This document shows, piece by piece, positions 40,052 to 49,043 of a stretch of DNA of 64,000 nucleotides. A model generated the notes under the pieces. That model saw only the letters and a list, made by a program, of their open reading frames with translations. It was not told where the DNA came from and searched no databases. Where the stretch lies: NCBI GenBank assembly GCA_047602425.1, contig JASGHG010000001.1, positions 4,064,001-4,128,000 on the forward strand, written 5' to 3'. The DNA comes from Nibricoccus sp. (lineage in GTDB: Bacteria; Verrucomicrobiota; Verrucomicrobiia; Opitutales; Opitutaceae). Within the stretch, counting starts at the first letter, position 1; every line of letters begins with the position of its first letter. The position numbers and the translations under genes were made by a program.

Positions 40052-40407
40052 GTGAGCACGAAGCCAGTCGCCCTGATAAGGAACTGAAGTTAGGCGCCAA
40101 GAATTTCGACTGCGTTAATCGCCCGTCTGGTGAGGCGAATCCCGATCCATCGCCCGATGTGCATTCCATTCTGCGTGAGAATCTCAGGCAGGAGATGCAA
40201 CATGAGCAGCCGCTCGATCTCACAAAGCCGAACTCACGCAGAAAACGGGACTATTGGACGGTTTTAATTTTGGGCAATGCGCTGATCGCGGGTGTACTCG
40301 CGGTATTGCCGAAGAATCCGGTTGTATTACTCTTTGGTCTTTCCGGTTTGGTGATGTTCACCATCAGCATAACTTGGGTGATGTGGTTTGTGATGAGTGA
40401 CTATTAG
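40048..40407 (+). CDS. Hypothetical membrane protein
   Basis: ATGA overlap with upstream gene; two C-terminal TM helices. Confidence 0.65.
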   Translation: MSEHEASRPDKELKLGAKNFDCVNRPSGEANPDPSPDVHSILRENLRQEMQHEQPLDLTKPNSRRKRDYWTVLILGNALIAGVLAVLPKNPVVLLFGLSGLVMFTISITWVMWFVMSDY

Positions 40408-40512
40408 TCTAAAAATGCCGGACGATCAGGCGGAGGGAATACTTTCGCCTTGAATGGATCGGAGGACGATCGGTCAGATTCATTCTCTCAGGTTACTTGG
40501 AACGTCGTCCTC

Positions 40513-41952
40513 ATGACTCATCTTCGCAACGTACTACGAACTGCCCTGGCTTTGCTGGCTGGCTCTGCCGCCATCGGCGCGCAAAATCAAACTATTACTT
40601 ATGAGGAAGTCATCGCCAAGGCTCCCTTTCCGATGCCGCCGATCAAAGTCCCGGTGTTTCCCAAACGGGATTTTATCATCACGGATTTTGGCGCCGTTCC
40701 GAAGTCGCAGGCGAAGAATTCCGAGGCCATCCGCAAAGCCATCGACGCCTGTCATAAAGCGGGCGGCGGGCGTGTGGTGATTCCCGCCGGAGAATGGCTG
40801 ACCGGCCCGATTCACCTGAAGAGCAATGTGAACTTGTATCTGGCAAAAGATTCGGTGCTTAGTTTCAGCGGTGACCCGAAGGATTACCTGCCCGCTGTCC
40901 AGTCGAGTTGGGAGGGCTGGGAATGTTTCAACTATTCGCCGCTCATCTATGCGTTCAAATGCGAAAACGTGGCCGTGACCGGCGAGGGCAAGCTTCAGCC
41001 TAAAATGGAAACTTGGGAGCATTGGTTCAAGCGATCGCCGGCCCATATGGAGGCACTCAAGAGGCTTTACACGATGGGCTCGACCGGCGTGCCGGTGGAG
41101 CAACGTCAGATGGCTGAGGGCGAAAACAATCTTCGTCCACAGTTGATCCAGTTTAACCGCTGTCGGAACGTGCTCATCGAAGGCGTTACAATTCGCAACA
41201 GTCCATTTTGGACGATTCATTTGTTGCTTTGTGACTCGGTCGTGGTTCGGCACGTGGATATTTCCGCGCACGGTCACAACAACGACGGCATCGATCCGGA
41301 GTCCACGCGCAATCTTCTCGTTGAGGACTGTCAGTTTGATCAGGGCGACGACGCCATCGTCATCAAGTCCGGCACGAATCACGACGGCTGGCGGTTGGGC
41401 ACGCCGTCCGAAAACATTGTCGTCCGAAACTGCACCGTCATCAATGGACACCAACTCGTTGCCATCGGCAGCGAACTCTCCGGCGGCGTGCGCAACGTTT
41501 ACGTGCACGACTGTCGTTTCGATTTCAGCGCGCCGCAGTTTGATCCCTACAACGTGCTTTATATAAAAACGAACCGGCGCCGAGGTGGTTTTGTGGAAAA
41601 TATTACAATGGAGAATATCGATGCCTCTGGCGCCAGGTTCAAGATGGGCGTATTTGGCATCGAAACGGATGTGCTTTATCAATGGCGCACCTTGGTGCCC
41701 ACCTACGAGGAGCGACTCACGCCGATCCGCGGCGTCACGATGCGAAATGTTAAGGTGGGTACCACGTCCACGCCGTTCCGCATTCTCGGCGACAAGGACC
41801 TGCCAGTAAAAGACGTCGTGCTCGATAACATCATCATCGGCACCGTACGCGGGCAGAAAAATCGCTATGAAAATGTCGAAAACCTCAAGGAGTCGAACGT
41901 CGTAATCGGCACATTCATCGAGCAACCTGACCAGGTAAACAAGAACAGATGA
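40513..41952 (+). CDS. Glycoside hydrolase family 28, exported
   Basis: HNNDGID, GDDAIVIKSG, GHQ..AIGSE, YIK; signal peptide. Confidence 0.9.
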   Translation: MTHLRNVLRTALALLAGSAAIGAQNQTITYEEVIAKAPFPMPPIKVPVFPKRDFIITDFGAVPKSQAKNSEAIRKAIDACHKAGGGRVVIPAGEWLTGPIHLKSNVNLYLAKDSVLSFSGDPKDYLPAVQSSWEGWECFNYSPLIYAFKCENVAVTGEGKLQPKMETWEHWFKRSPAHMEALKRLYTMGSTGVPVEQRQMAEGENNLRPQLIQFNRCRNVLIEGVTIRNSPFWTIHLLLCDSVVVRHVDISAHGHNNDGIDPESTRNLLVEDCQFDQGDDAIVIKSGTNHDGWRLGTPSENIVVRNCTVINGHQLVAIGSELSGGVRNVYVHDCRFDFSAPQFDPYNVLYIKTNRRRGGFVENITMENIDASGARFKMGVFGIETDVLYQWRTLVPTYEERLTPIRGVTMRNVKVGTTSTPFRILGDKDLPVKDVVLDNIIIGTVRGQKNRYENVENLKESNVVIGTFIEQPDQVNKNR

Positions 41953-42099
41953 ACGCCGGCACTGTGTGGAGGTGAAATTTCGAATCTTACGGACCAGGGT
42001 GTTCCAACAGATTAACCCCCAAATTTTTTCTCAAGCAAGGCGCGTGTCGTTGCCACCAATCCGCCGCGAGCATTTTGCCGGAAAGAATAGATGGCCCTG

Positions 42100-43281
42100 T
42101 TACGCCGTGATCGTGTCGAGCGAGCAGCTGTCGCCGGTGTGCGGGGTTTCGCAGTTGGGGCGGGCGATGACGCCGGGGTAGGGTTCGGGGGAAAATTCCT
42201 TGGTGGGCTCGGCGAGGAGATGGCGGTCGCAGATGGCGAAAAGTTCGGCTTCGGTCAGTGCGCGACGCATGTCGTGGATGAAGGCGCCGGTTGGGTCCAC
42301 ACTTTGGCCGACGAAGTTGAGGTACTTCTTCATTTTGGCGACGTGGAGTTTCTCAGGTAGCTCAGGCGTCTGCGTGGCACGGTAGAGGTGCTCGATATAG
42401 TCGCGGACGTTGGCGAGGGTAGGGCGGAAGACGGAAGGATGTAGCGCGGACTGGGATTCAGGGTAGGGCGCGACCGCCGGGCGCGCCGGGTTTTCGGACG
42501 GCCAGGGCTGGCCGTCCCTACCTGATGCAGGCGGATTTTTCACCTCCGCGGCGGCGAAATGTTCGCGGCACTGGCGGAAGATCCACGGGTTGCGGATGGC
42601 GTGGCGGTCGATCATCACGCCGGCGGCGCGGGTGGTGGCGAGGACACTGGAGGCTTTGGCGGCGGTGGCGATTTCACCGTTAGCAAGCACGGGGCAGCGG
42701 ACGCGGGCGACGGCGCGGGCGATTTCGTCGTAGTGAACGCCGCTGCGGTACATTTCTTTCACAGTGCGGCCGTGTACGGTGAGCAGGTCGACGCGGTGCT
42801 CATTGACGAGGTCGAGGATCTGTTCGAAGTGGCGTGTATCCTCGAAGCCGATACGCATCTTGACGGTGAAGAGTCCGGGGACGGCGGCGCGAAGAGCGCC
42901 GAAGATTTCGGCGATTTTATCGGGTTCCCGCAGGAGACCGCCACCGACGTTTTTTTTGTAAACTTTGGGCGCGGGGCAGCCGAGGTTGAGGTCGATGCCG
43001 GCCACGGGATGGCGGAGAAGTTCCTCGATGGTGCGCGTGAGGTAGGTGATATTCTCGCCGATGAGCTGGGCAAAAACGGGGCGGCCCGTTGTGTTCTCAT
43101 CGATGGAGCGAAGGATGTGTTTTTCCGGATGCGATTGGGCATGTACGCGGAGAAATTCGGTGACGTAATAATCGGGCGCGCCGTAGTGGGCGATCACACG
43201 CATGAACGCGAGGTCGGTGACGTCCTGCATCGGTGCAAGCGCGGTAAGCGGCTGGCCGGGGATGATGGGCGCGGGGAGCAT
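42100..43281 (-). CDS. tRNA-dihydrouridine synthase family, with a repeat-derived insertion
   Basis: LAPM, IDLNLGCP, VKMRIG, VHGRT, ANGEI, RNPWIF. Confidence 0.92.
   Translation of the reverse strand: MLPAPIIPGQPLTALAPMQDVTDLAFMRVIAHYGAPDYYVTEFLRVHAQSHPEKHILRSIDENTTGRPVFAQLIGENITYLTRTIEELLRHPVAGIDLNLGCPAPKVYKKNVGGGLLREPDKIAEIFGALRAAVPGLFTVKMRIGFEDTRHFEQILDLVNEHRVDLLTVHGRTVKEMYRSGVHYDEIARAVARVRCPVLANGEIATAAKASSVLATTRAAGVMIDRHAIRNPWIFRQCREHFAAAEVKNPPASGRDGQPWPSENPARPAVAPYPESQSALHPSVFRPTLANVRDYIEHLYRATQTPELPEKLHVAKMKKYLNFVGQSVDPTGAFIHDMRRALTEAELFAICDRHLLAEPTKEFSPEPYPGVIARPNCETPHTGDSCSLDTITA
42462..42522. repeat. GTAG-type REP-like doublet inside the dus CDS
   Basis: GGTAGGGCGCGACCGCCGGGCGCGCC...CGGACGGCCAGGGCTGGCCGTCCCTACC. 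Confidence 0.85.
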
Positions 43282-43286
43282 GGGAA

Positions 43287-43409
43287 CCAGAGGGCAGAAG
43301 CCAGATGCCAGAAGCCGGAGGCCGGATTCGGAGGGCAGAGGTGAAGACAGATTGTCGTTGCGAAGACGTTTTAGATTCTGGCTTCTGGCCTCTGTCCTCT
43401 GGCTTCTGG
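43287..43409. repeat. Inverted arrays of 7-bp repeats (CCAGAAG / CTTCTGG)
   Basis: cagaagccagatgccagaagccggagg... and ...ttctggcttctggcctctgtcctctggcttctgg. Confidence 0.75.
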
Positions 43410-43411
43410 TT

Positions 43412-43927
43412 TTACTTGTCCTCTTCTTCCTCCTCGGGGTCGGGATCGATATCATCGTCGTCCTCGGTGGCTTCCTCGGTTTCGGCGGCTTGCTGCTTGA
43501 GCACGCGTTCGAGGATCTCGGACATGTCTTCAGAGGAGTCGAAAACTTTTCGGGCGACGTAGATCGGGCGTTTTTGCTGAAGTGCGAGCACAGTGGCGTC
43601 GCTTGGGCGGGCGTCGAGTTCGACGAGTTTTTTGCTCACTTCGTTTTCCATCCGCAGGAGGATGCGCGCGAAAAAGGTGCCGGCGTTGACGTCGTTGATG
43701 ACGATGTGGTCGAGCTTCACGTCGAGCCCGAGGAAAATATGGCCGATGAGATCGTGAGTGAGCGGACGTTCTTTTTTGACGCCGTCGAGGGTCATCTGAA
43801 TCGCGTTGCCCACGGAGTGGTCAACGTAGATGACGAAGGTTTTGTCGTCATTGCCCAGGAACACGGCACAGCCGTTGGCAGTGGGCATCACGCCTTTGAC
43901 GTCGACTGTGACTACATCATGTTTCAT
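43412..43927 (-). CDS. Bifunctional nuclease (DUF151) family
   Basis: RPLTHDL, DARPSDA. Confidence 0.92.
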   Translation of the reverse strand: MKHDVVTVDVKGVMPTANGCAVFLGNDDKTFVIYVDHSVGNAIQMTLDGVKKERPLTHDLIGHIFLGLDVKLDHIVINDVNAGTFFARILLRMENEVSKKLVELDARPSDATVLALQQKRPIYVARKVFDSSEDMSEILERVLKQQAAETEEATEDDDDIDPDPEEEEEDK

Positions 43928-44034
43928 GGGTGCGAAACTTGGGCGGGGCGCCGACGAAGCGCAAGTCTGGGAAGGACGAAGCTGACGGCGGAAGGAGAGA
44001 AAGATAAAGAGAACGAGAAAGATCAGGACGGTGC

Positions 44035-44877
44035 TTACTCGAAGCCAAGGAGGGAGATGCCCCAGGATTTGGCTTGGGCAAGGACGGCAGGTTTATCGAT
44101 CATGATGACTTTGCCGGCTTCAAGCGCCGCGGTTTGCAGGCCGGCTTCGCGCATCGTTTCGAGGGTGCGCAAGCCGAAGCAGGGAACATCGAAACGGTAG
44201 TCTTGATTGGCCTTCACGGTTTTCACAAAAAGGGCGTTATCGGTTTTAAATTCGCCAGCGCGCCGAATCATGGCGTCCGTGCCTTCGAAGGCTTCCACGG
44301 CGAGGACCGTGCCTTTGCGCACCACGCAGCCCTGTCCGATGTCGAGACGGGCGGACTCGCGGGCGATGTGGATGCCGTGGTCGACATAGTCTTTTTCGAT
44401 CGGGAACTTACCGCCGGTCATGACGCCGGGACTCGCCATGTGATCGTCGATGAAGGCGCGCGCATCCAACATGTGGATACCAAGTTTTTCGATTTCGGCG
44501 ACGAGCGCGCCGAAGATGGTCTCGGCATTGCGACGCTTGAGGGAAAAGAGAATGCGGGCGGCTTTGAGATCGGGATGCAAACCCTTGAAAAGGCGGCGCG
44601 GAGTGATCTGGCCAGCCATGAGAGCGTAGCCGGCCTTGAATTGTTCGAGGGTTTTCAGCGCTTTGCCGAGTTGGCCGACAAGAAGGGTGCGGCGCTCATC
44701 GTCCGGTACGGAATTGACGAGGTCGGGACGGGTTTCCTCTTCGAAGGCGATGAGGCGAAGCGGCACCCCGGCGCGACGAATGGCATTGGCGATGAGGATT
44801 GGATAGACACCCTGGCCGGCGATGAGGGCGACGGGTTTCTTCGGATCAAAGTCTTTCGGAAGAAAGGCGGAGAGCAC
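44035..44877 (-). CDS. lpxI: UDP-2,3-diacylglucosamine diphosphatase LpxI family
   Basis: LIAGQG.YP, DIGQ, AVEAFEGTD, QDYRFDVP. Confidence 0.88.
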   Translation of the reverse strand: MLSAFLPKDFDPKKPVALIAGQGVYPILIANAIRRAGVPLRLIAFEEETRPDLVNSVPDDERRTLLVGQLGKALKTLEQFKAGYALMAGQITPRRLFKGLHPDLKAARILFSLKRRNAETIFGALVAEIEKLGIHMLDARAFIDDHMASPGVMTGGKFPIEKDYVDHGIHIARESARLDIGQGCVVRKGTVLAVEAFEGTDAMIRRAGEFKTDNALFVKTVKANQDYRFDVPCFGLRTLETMREAGLQTAALEAGKVIMIDKPAVLAQAKSWGISLLGFE

Positions 44878-44884
44878 GGAAAGA

Positions 44885-44920
44885 GAAAGGCTGAAAGACG
44901 GAAGGGCTGAAAGGCTGAAA
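44885..44920. repeat. 8-bp tandem repeat (GAAAGGCT)
   Basis: gaaaggct gaaagacg gaagggct gaaaggct gaaa. Confidence 0.65.
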
Positions 44921-45026
44921 TTCTGGAACCGCTAATTGTCACTAATGGATGCTGATTCGGAGGTAGGATTTTTTAACCACTGATGATCGCTTAGGGACAC
45001 TGATTTTTTGGAACCACGCCGAGTGG

Positions 45027-45051
45027 CGGACGGCCCGGCGGTCCGTCTACC
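45027..45051 (-). repeat. GTAG-type REP-like palindrome
   Basis: CGGACGGCCCGGCGGTCCGTCTACC, similar to 13070-13096. Confidence 0.7.
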
Positions 45052-45054
45052 TTT

Positions 45055-47208
45055 TCACGTCTGCGTCCCGTAGTATTTTTTGTAGCTCCGGTAGTAGCGG
45101 TAGTTGGAATAATACTCGATGCGGCGGGTGGAGAGGCCGTTGAGGACGATGCCGAGGATTTCGTTTTTGCCAGTTTGGAGCGAACGGATGTAGAGCTTGA
45201 TGTGCTTGCGGAGGGCTTTGCCGAACCGGCAGACATAAATAACCTCGTCGGCGCGTTCGGCGATAAGTTGCGAATCGGTGACGGCACCCATCGGAGGCGA
45301 ATCGATGACGACGAGATCGAAGTTCTTTTTGAGATGTTCGATGAGCTGGCCGAACGCGGGGCTTTCAAGCAGTTGGGTCGGACTCTTCGAGCGACCGCCC
45401 GAGCAAAGGAGAAACAGATTGTCGCCGATTTTGGTGATGCCGAGGTTGGAGTTTTTTATGACGTCGCCCTCGAGCGTGCCACCTTTGTCATACCAAGCCA
45501 TGATGCCATTATCATTGGGCTGGTTGTAGTGGCGGTGGAGCATGGGTCGGCGCAGATCGCAATCGACGAGGAGCGTCTTGCGTCCATGGCGGGCGAAGCC
45601 GGCGGCGACGTTGCAGGAGACCAGACTTTTGCCTTCCCCGGGGATGGTGCTGGTGACGAGAAGGGACTTTGGGAAGTCGAGCTTGGAGTGGATTTTGACC
45701 GAGCTGTAGATGCTAAGGAACGCCTCGACGCCGGGAGCTTCGTTGTTTTTCAGGACAAGCGAATATTTTTCGTCGTCCTTCAAGTGACCGAGGTCGGGCA
45801 CGATGCCGAGGAGCGGCACGCCGATGAAGTGTTCGACGTCCCACGAACTTTTAATGCGGTCGTCGATGAAGCTGAGGCCGAGCGCGACGCCGAAAAACAC
45901 AGCGAGACCCACACCGATGCAGGTCTGGATGATGTTGCCCATTCTTGGGGTAAAAGGAGCGCCGACGGGCGTGGCGCGGTCGAGAACATGGACGGGAATT
46001 TTTTCGATGCCGCGACTGGTGTTGGCCTGGCTGAGCCGGTCGAGGATCTGTGCGTAATTGCTTTTGGCGACGGCGGCCTGGTTTTCGAGGCTTTTGAAAT
46101 CGACGGCGAGATCGCGCAGGCGAATTTGCTCCTGTTCGTTGGTTGAGAACTCGGCTTCGAGATTTTTCTCGTCAGCGCGGGTTTTTTCGAGGCTGGCACG
46201 GAGATCGGCGATGGCGAGATCAATGGCGCGGTTCATTTGCTCGCGGGAAGCGGCAATGGCGTTGGCGATATCGATCATCTTGGGATGACGCTCGAAGTAG
46301 CGTTCGCCGAGGACGGTTTGCTGGCGGGAGAGCTCCGCGAGCTGGGTGCGAAGTGCAGGAATGTTGCCGTGGCTGGAGATGAAACCCAACTCCAGCAGAT
46401 TCTGGGAATTGGCTTTGTAGGTATCGACTTGTTTGACGGCTTCCTCGATTTTATAACGCTCCTGGCGACAGGCCACCAAGGCGTTGTTCACGGATTTGAG
46501 GCGGTCGGCGACGATATTGACACTGTTGTCGAGCGAAACGAGGCGATGCTCCTTCATGTAGACCTGAAGCTTTTGGTCGGCGGCCTCGGCCTCCTTGCGG
46601 AGGCGTTCTGCGATTTTCCCGAGATTTTCGACGGCGAAATCGTTTTTGCCTCCGACGGTGTCGAGGAGGTATTGCATGAACTGATCGACGACGCGGTTGG
46701 CGATGAGGGCGGCGGCCTCCGGATCGCGGTGCGCGGCGTTGACGATGATCATGAAGCTGCGGGGAACCGGCGAGATGGTGACGTTGCCGAGGATGGCGCT
46801 GGGGTGGGGCAGGGATTGGCCGGGTTGGATTTCCGCAAGGTAGGGGCGCTGGAGAATTTTTATTTCGTCGGGAGTGAGCGATTCGATGACCTTGGTACGG
46901 AGTTTATTGCTGCGGAGGATTTGGAGATAGGTATTGAGATCGGCATCGCTGGTGATGCTCTGGTCGACGATTTCCTGGCTGATGACGACGCGTTCGGGTT
47001 TTTCGATCTGCATCGTGGCCGTGCTCTGAAACTGGGGCTTGGCGCGGGCCTGCCAGTAGCCCAGCCCTATAGAAACGAGGAGAGCGAGGGGAAGGGCGAT
47101 CCAGAGCCGTTCGCGCAGGATGATGAGATAATCGCGCAAGGTGCGGCGCTCGGTGACGGAATCGCCATGGGAGGGGGAGGCGGAGGGGCTCAGCGACGCG
47201 TCGGACAT
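45055..47208 (-). CDS. wzc: Polysaccharide co-polymerase/BY-kinase (Wzc-like)
   Basis: Two TM helices with coiled coil; TSTIPGEGKS, VDCDLRRP, VIDSPP, Tyr-rich tail. Confidence 0.9.
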   Translation of the reverse strand: MSDASLSPSASPSHGDSVTERRTLRDYLIILRERLWIALPLALLVSIGLGYWQARAKPQFQSTATMQIEKPERVVISQEIVDQSITSDADLNTYLQILRSNKLRTKVIESLTPDEIKILQRPYLAEIQPGQSLPHPSAILGNVTISPVPRSFMIIVNAAHRDPEAAALIANRVVDQFMQYLLDTVGGKNDFAVENLGKIAERLRKEAEAADQKLQVYMKEHRLVSLDNSVNIVADRLKSVNNALVACRQERYKIEEAVKQVDTYKANSQNLLELGFISSHGNIPALRTQLAELSRQQTVLGERYFERHPKMIDIANAIAASREQMNRAIDLAIADLRASLEKTRADEKNLEAEFSTNEQEQIRLRDLAVDFKSLENQAAVAKSNYAQILDRLSQANTSRGIEKIPVHVLDRATPVGAPFTPRMGNIIQTCIGVGLAVFFGVALGLSFIDDRIKSSWDVEHFIGVPLLGIVPDLGHLKDDEKYSLVLKNNEAPGVEAFLSIYSSVKIHSKLDFPKSLLVTSTIPGEGKSLVSCNVAAGFARHGRKTLLVDCDLRRPMLHRHYNQPNDNGIMAWYDKGGTLEGDVIKNSNLGITKIGDNLFLLCSGGRSKSPTQLLESPAFGQLIEHLKKNFDLVVIDSPPMGAVTDSQLIAERADEVIYVCRFGKALRKHIKLYIRSLQTGKNEILGIVLNGLSTRRIEYYSNYRYYRSYKKYYGTQT

Positions 47209-47217
47209 GGTTTTAGT

Positions 47218-47844
47218 TCAAATGATGCGTTCGGGAACGTAGACGATGTCACCGGGGAGAAGGAGAAGCGAATTGTCGGTGGCCTTGGCTTTGTCGCGTC
47301 CTCTGATGAGACTTTCGATGTCGATCGTGAAAACGGATTTCTTTCCGTCCGGGGAAATGCGGGTGACCGTGATGGCGGTGCCGCGCGCGGTATCGGTGAG
47401 GCCGCCGGCTTTGGTGACGAGTTCGAGCACCGTCATGCTCGCCTCGATCGGAAGTGGGTAGCGGCCGGGGTTTCGCACCATGCCTTGAATTGAAACCTCA
47501 CGAGGGGCGTATTCCTCAATGTTGATCGTGACCTGCGGGTTCTTCAGATAGCGACCGTTGCGGTAGGCGGTTTCGATGGATTTTTGGGCCTCGCTGACGG
47601 TTTGGCCGAGTACGTTGACTTCGCCGACGAGAGGAAGATTGACCGTGCCCTTGGCGTCGACGCGGGCGATGACCGAAAGATCCTCCTCCTGATACACGGC
47701 GATACGAAGGCGGTCGGTGCAGGCGATGGTGTAGGAAAGCGCCGGGCGGGCGGCTGATTCCTCCGCACGGAGCGAAGTGGACGCGTGCAAAAGGAGAGCG
47801 AAAATTGCGGCGAACCAGATGAGGGGTGAGCGGAGCAGGCTCAT
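47218..47844 (-). CDS. Short OPX/Wza-family polysaccharide export protein
   Basis: Poly_export motif (GTVNLPLVG..YLKNPQVT) plus one SLBB domain (GMVRNPG, KAGG, PGDIVYVP). Confidence 0.88.
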   Translation of the reverse strand: MSLLRSPLIWFAAIFALLLHASTSLRAEESAARPALSYTIACTDRLRIAVYQEEDLSVIARVDAKGTVNLPLVGEVNVLGQTVSEAQKSIETAYRNGRYLKNPQVTINIEEYAPREVSIQGMVRNPGRYPLPIEASMTVLELVTKAGGLTDTARGTAITVTRISPDGKKSVFTIDIESLIRGRDKAKATDNSLLLLPGDIVYVPERII

Positions 47845-47860
47845 ATCACGTGCGAAGTGT

Positions 47861-49018
47861 TTACCAACGCGAAGTGACAAGCAATGAAATCGTGCGGCGG
47901 ATAAAGTCGGCCTGGTCGAGCTTTGACCAGTTTTTATACCAGAGGCCGGTGAAAGTGATTTTCAGATGATCGTTGAGTGTGTAGGCGAAACCTAGATTGG
48001 CGGTGGCGTAGGTGTCGCGCCGACCATCGCTGAGGGAACCAAGGTAGCGGAGATGCCCGCCTCCGCCTCCACCGAAAAGCGCAATCCGGCCGGTGGTGGC
48101 GAAGCTGGTGCTCAACGCGGCAGCGGTGTTGTCGACGTTGATATCGGTAGCGAGCGTGGTGAAGTCGCGCGAGGCGATGCCTGTCACGGTGAAGCGTTTC
48201 GAAACCGTCCACGTGGCCGAAGTCGCAGTGGTGAAAGCGGAGAAAGTTTCGTCGTTGCGACCGAGATTATTGCGATCGGTCTGGCGAAATTGATAACCGA
48301 GGCGGACGGTGCCGTTGAGTTTGGGAAGGAGTTTGCCGGTGGTGCCGAGGGTAAACGCGTGGTCGTAGCTGCGAGTGCTGTTGGTCGTATCCGTTATCCG
48401 GAGACGGTAGCCGCCAAGGATGTCGCGTTGGGAGGTATAGACGTAGAAAAGGTCGGCGCCGGCGGTGGCCGTGCGGATGTCGAAAAGGTTAGGGTTGTTG
48501 ACGTAATCCTGATAGTTGTAGGCGAGTTGGCCGGAAATCGAGTAGCGCTCAATGACGGGGTACTTGACGTTCAGGCCGGTGTCGTAGTCCCACGAAACGG
48601 TGCGGAGATTGAGGGCATATTCCGTGCGGCTCTGGCGCTGGGCGCCGAGCGTCAGCGAACCGGTGGTGCGGCCGGTGCCTTTGGTGATCTCGGCGCGAGC
48701 GTAGGGATCAGCGTAACTTTCAGACGTGTTGCTGGCAAACTGGCCGAAATTCCAACCAAGGTTGGCATTGACGCCGAGGATGCCGGCTTTGCGCTGATAT
48801 TCGAGGGCAAGCGATTCGGTGAAAATCGTATCACTTTGGGCGTTGGCATCGGCGTAGATGTTGGAGTCGTAAGTGATTCCCGCGGTGCCGGTGATGAAAA
48901 TTTCGTCATGGCCATCGTTGAACTTCACGATGGCGCGGGCCGGGCCGGCGAGGGCTGCAAAAAGCAGCAATCCGGCTATGGCGGTTTTGACTGGTTTGGC
49001 GAAGGCGTGTGGTCTCAT
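47861..49018 (-). CDS. Outer-membrane beta-barrel associated with polysaccharide export
   Basis: Signal peptide, YDSNI motif, alternating beta-strands, C-terminal aromatic residue (W). Confidence 0.75.
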   Translation of the reverse strand: MRPHAFAKPVKTAIAGLLLFAALAGPARAIVKFNDGHDEIFITGTAGITYDSNIYADANAQSDTIFTESLALEYQRKAGILGVNANLGWNFGQFASNTSESYADPYARAEITKGTGRTTGSLTLGAQRQSRTEYALNLRTVSWDYDTGLNVKYPVIERYSISGQLAYNYQDYVNNPNLFDIRTATAGADLFYVYTSQRDILGGYRLRITDTTNSTRSYDHAFTLGTTGKLLPKLNGTVRLGYQFRQTDRNNLGRNDETFSAFTTATSATWTVSKRFTVTGIASRDFTTLATDINVDNTAAALSTSFATTGRIALFGGGGGGHLRYLGSLSDGRRDTYATANLGFAYTLNDHLKITFTGLWYKNWSKLDQADFIRRTISLLVTSRW

Positions 49019-49043
49019 CAAAAAATCGCGCGCCCCGCGCTGC

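Noticed and set aside
42100..43281. Calling dus (and nif3, VOC, NusG paralogue) pseudogenes because of G>D changes
   Set aside because: The frames are intact, and the shared sequence context points to a systematic cause.
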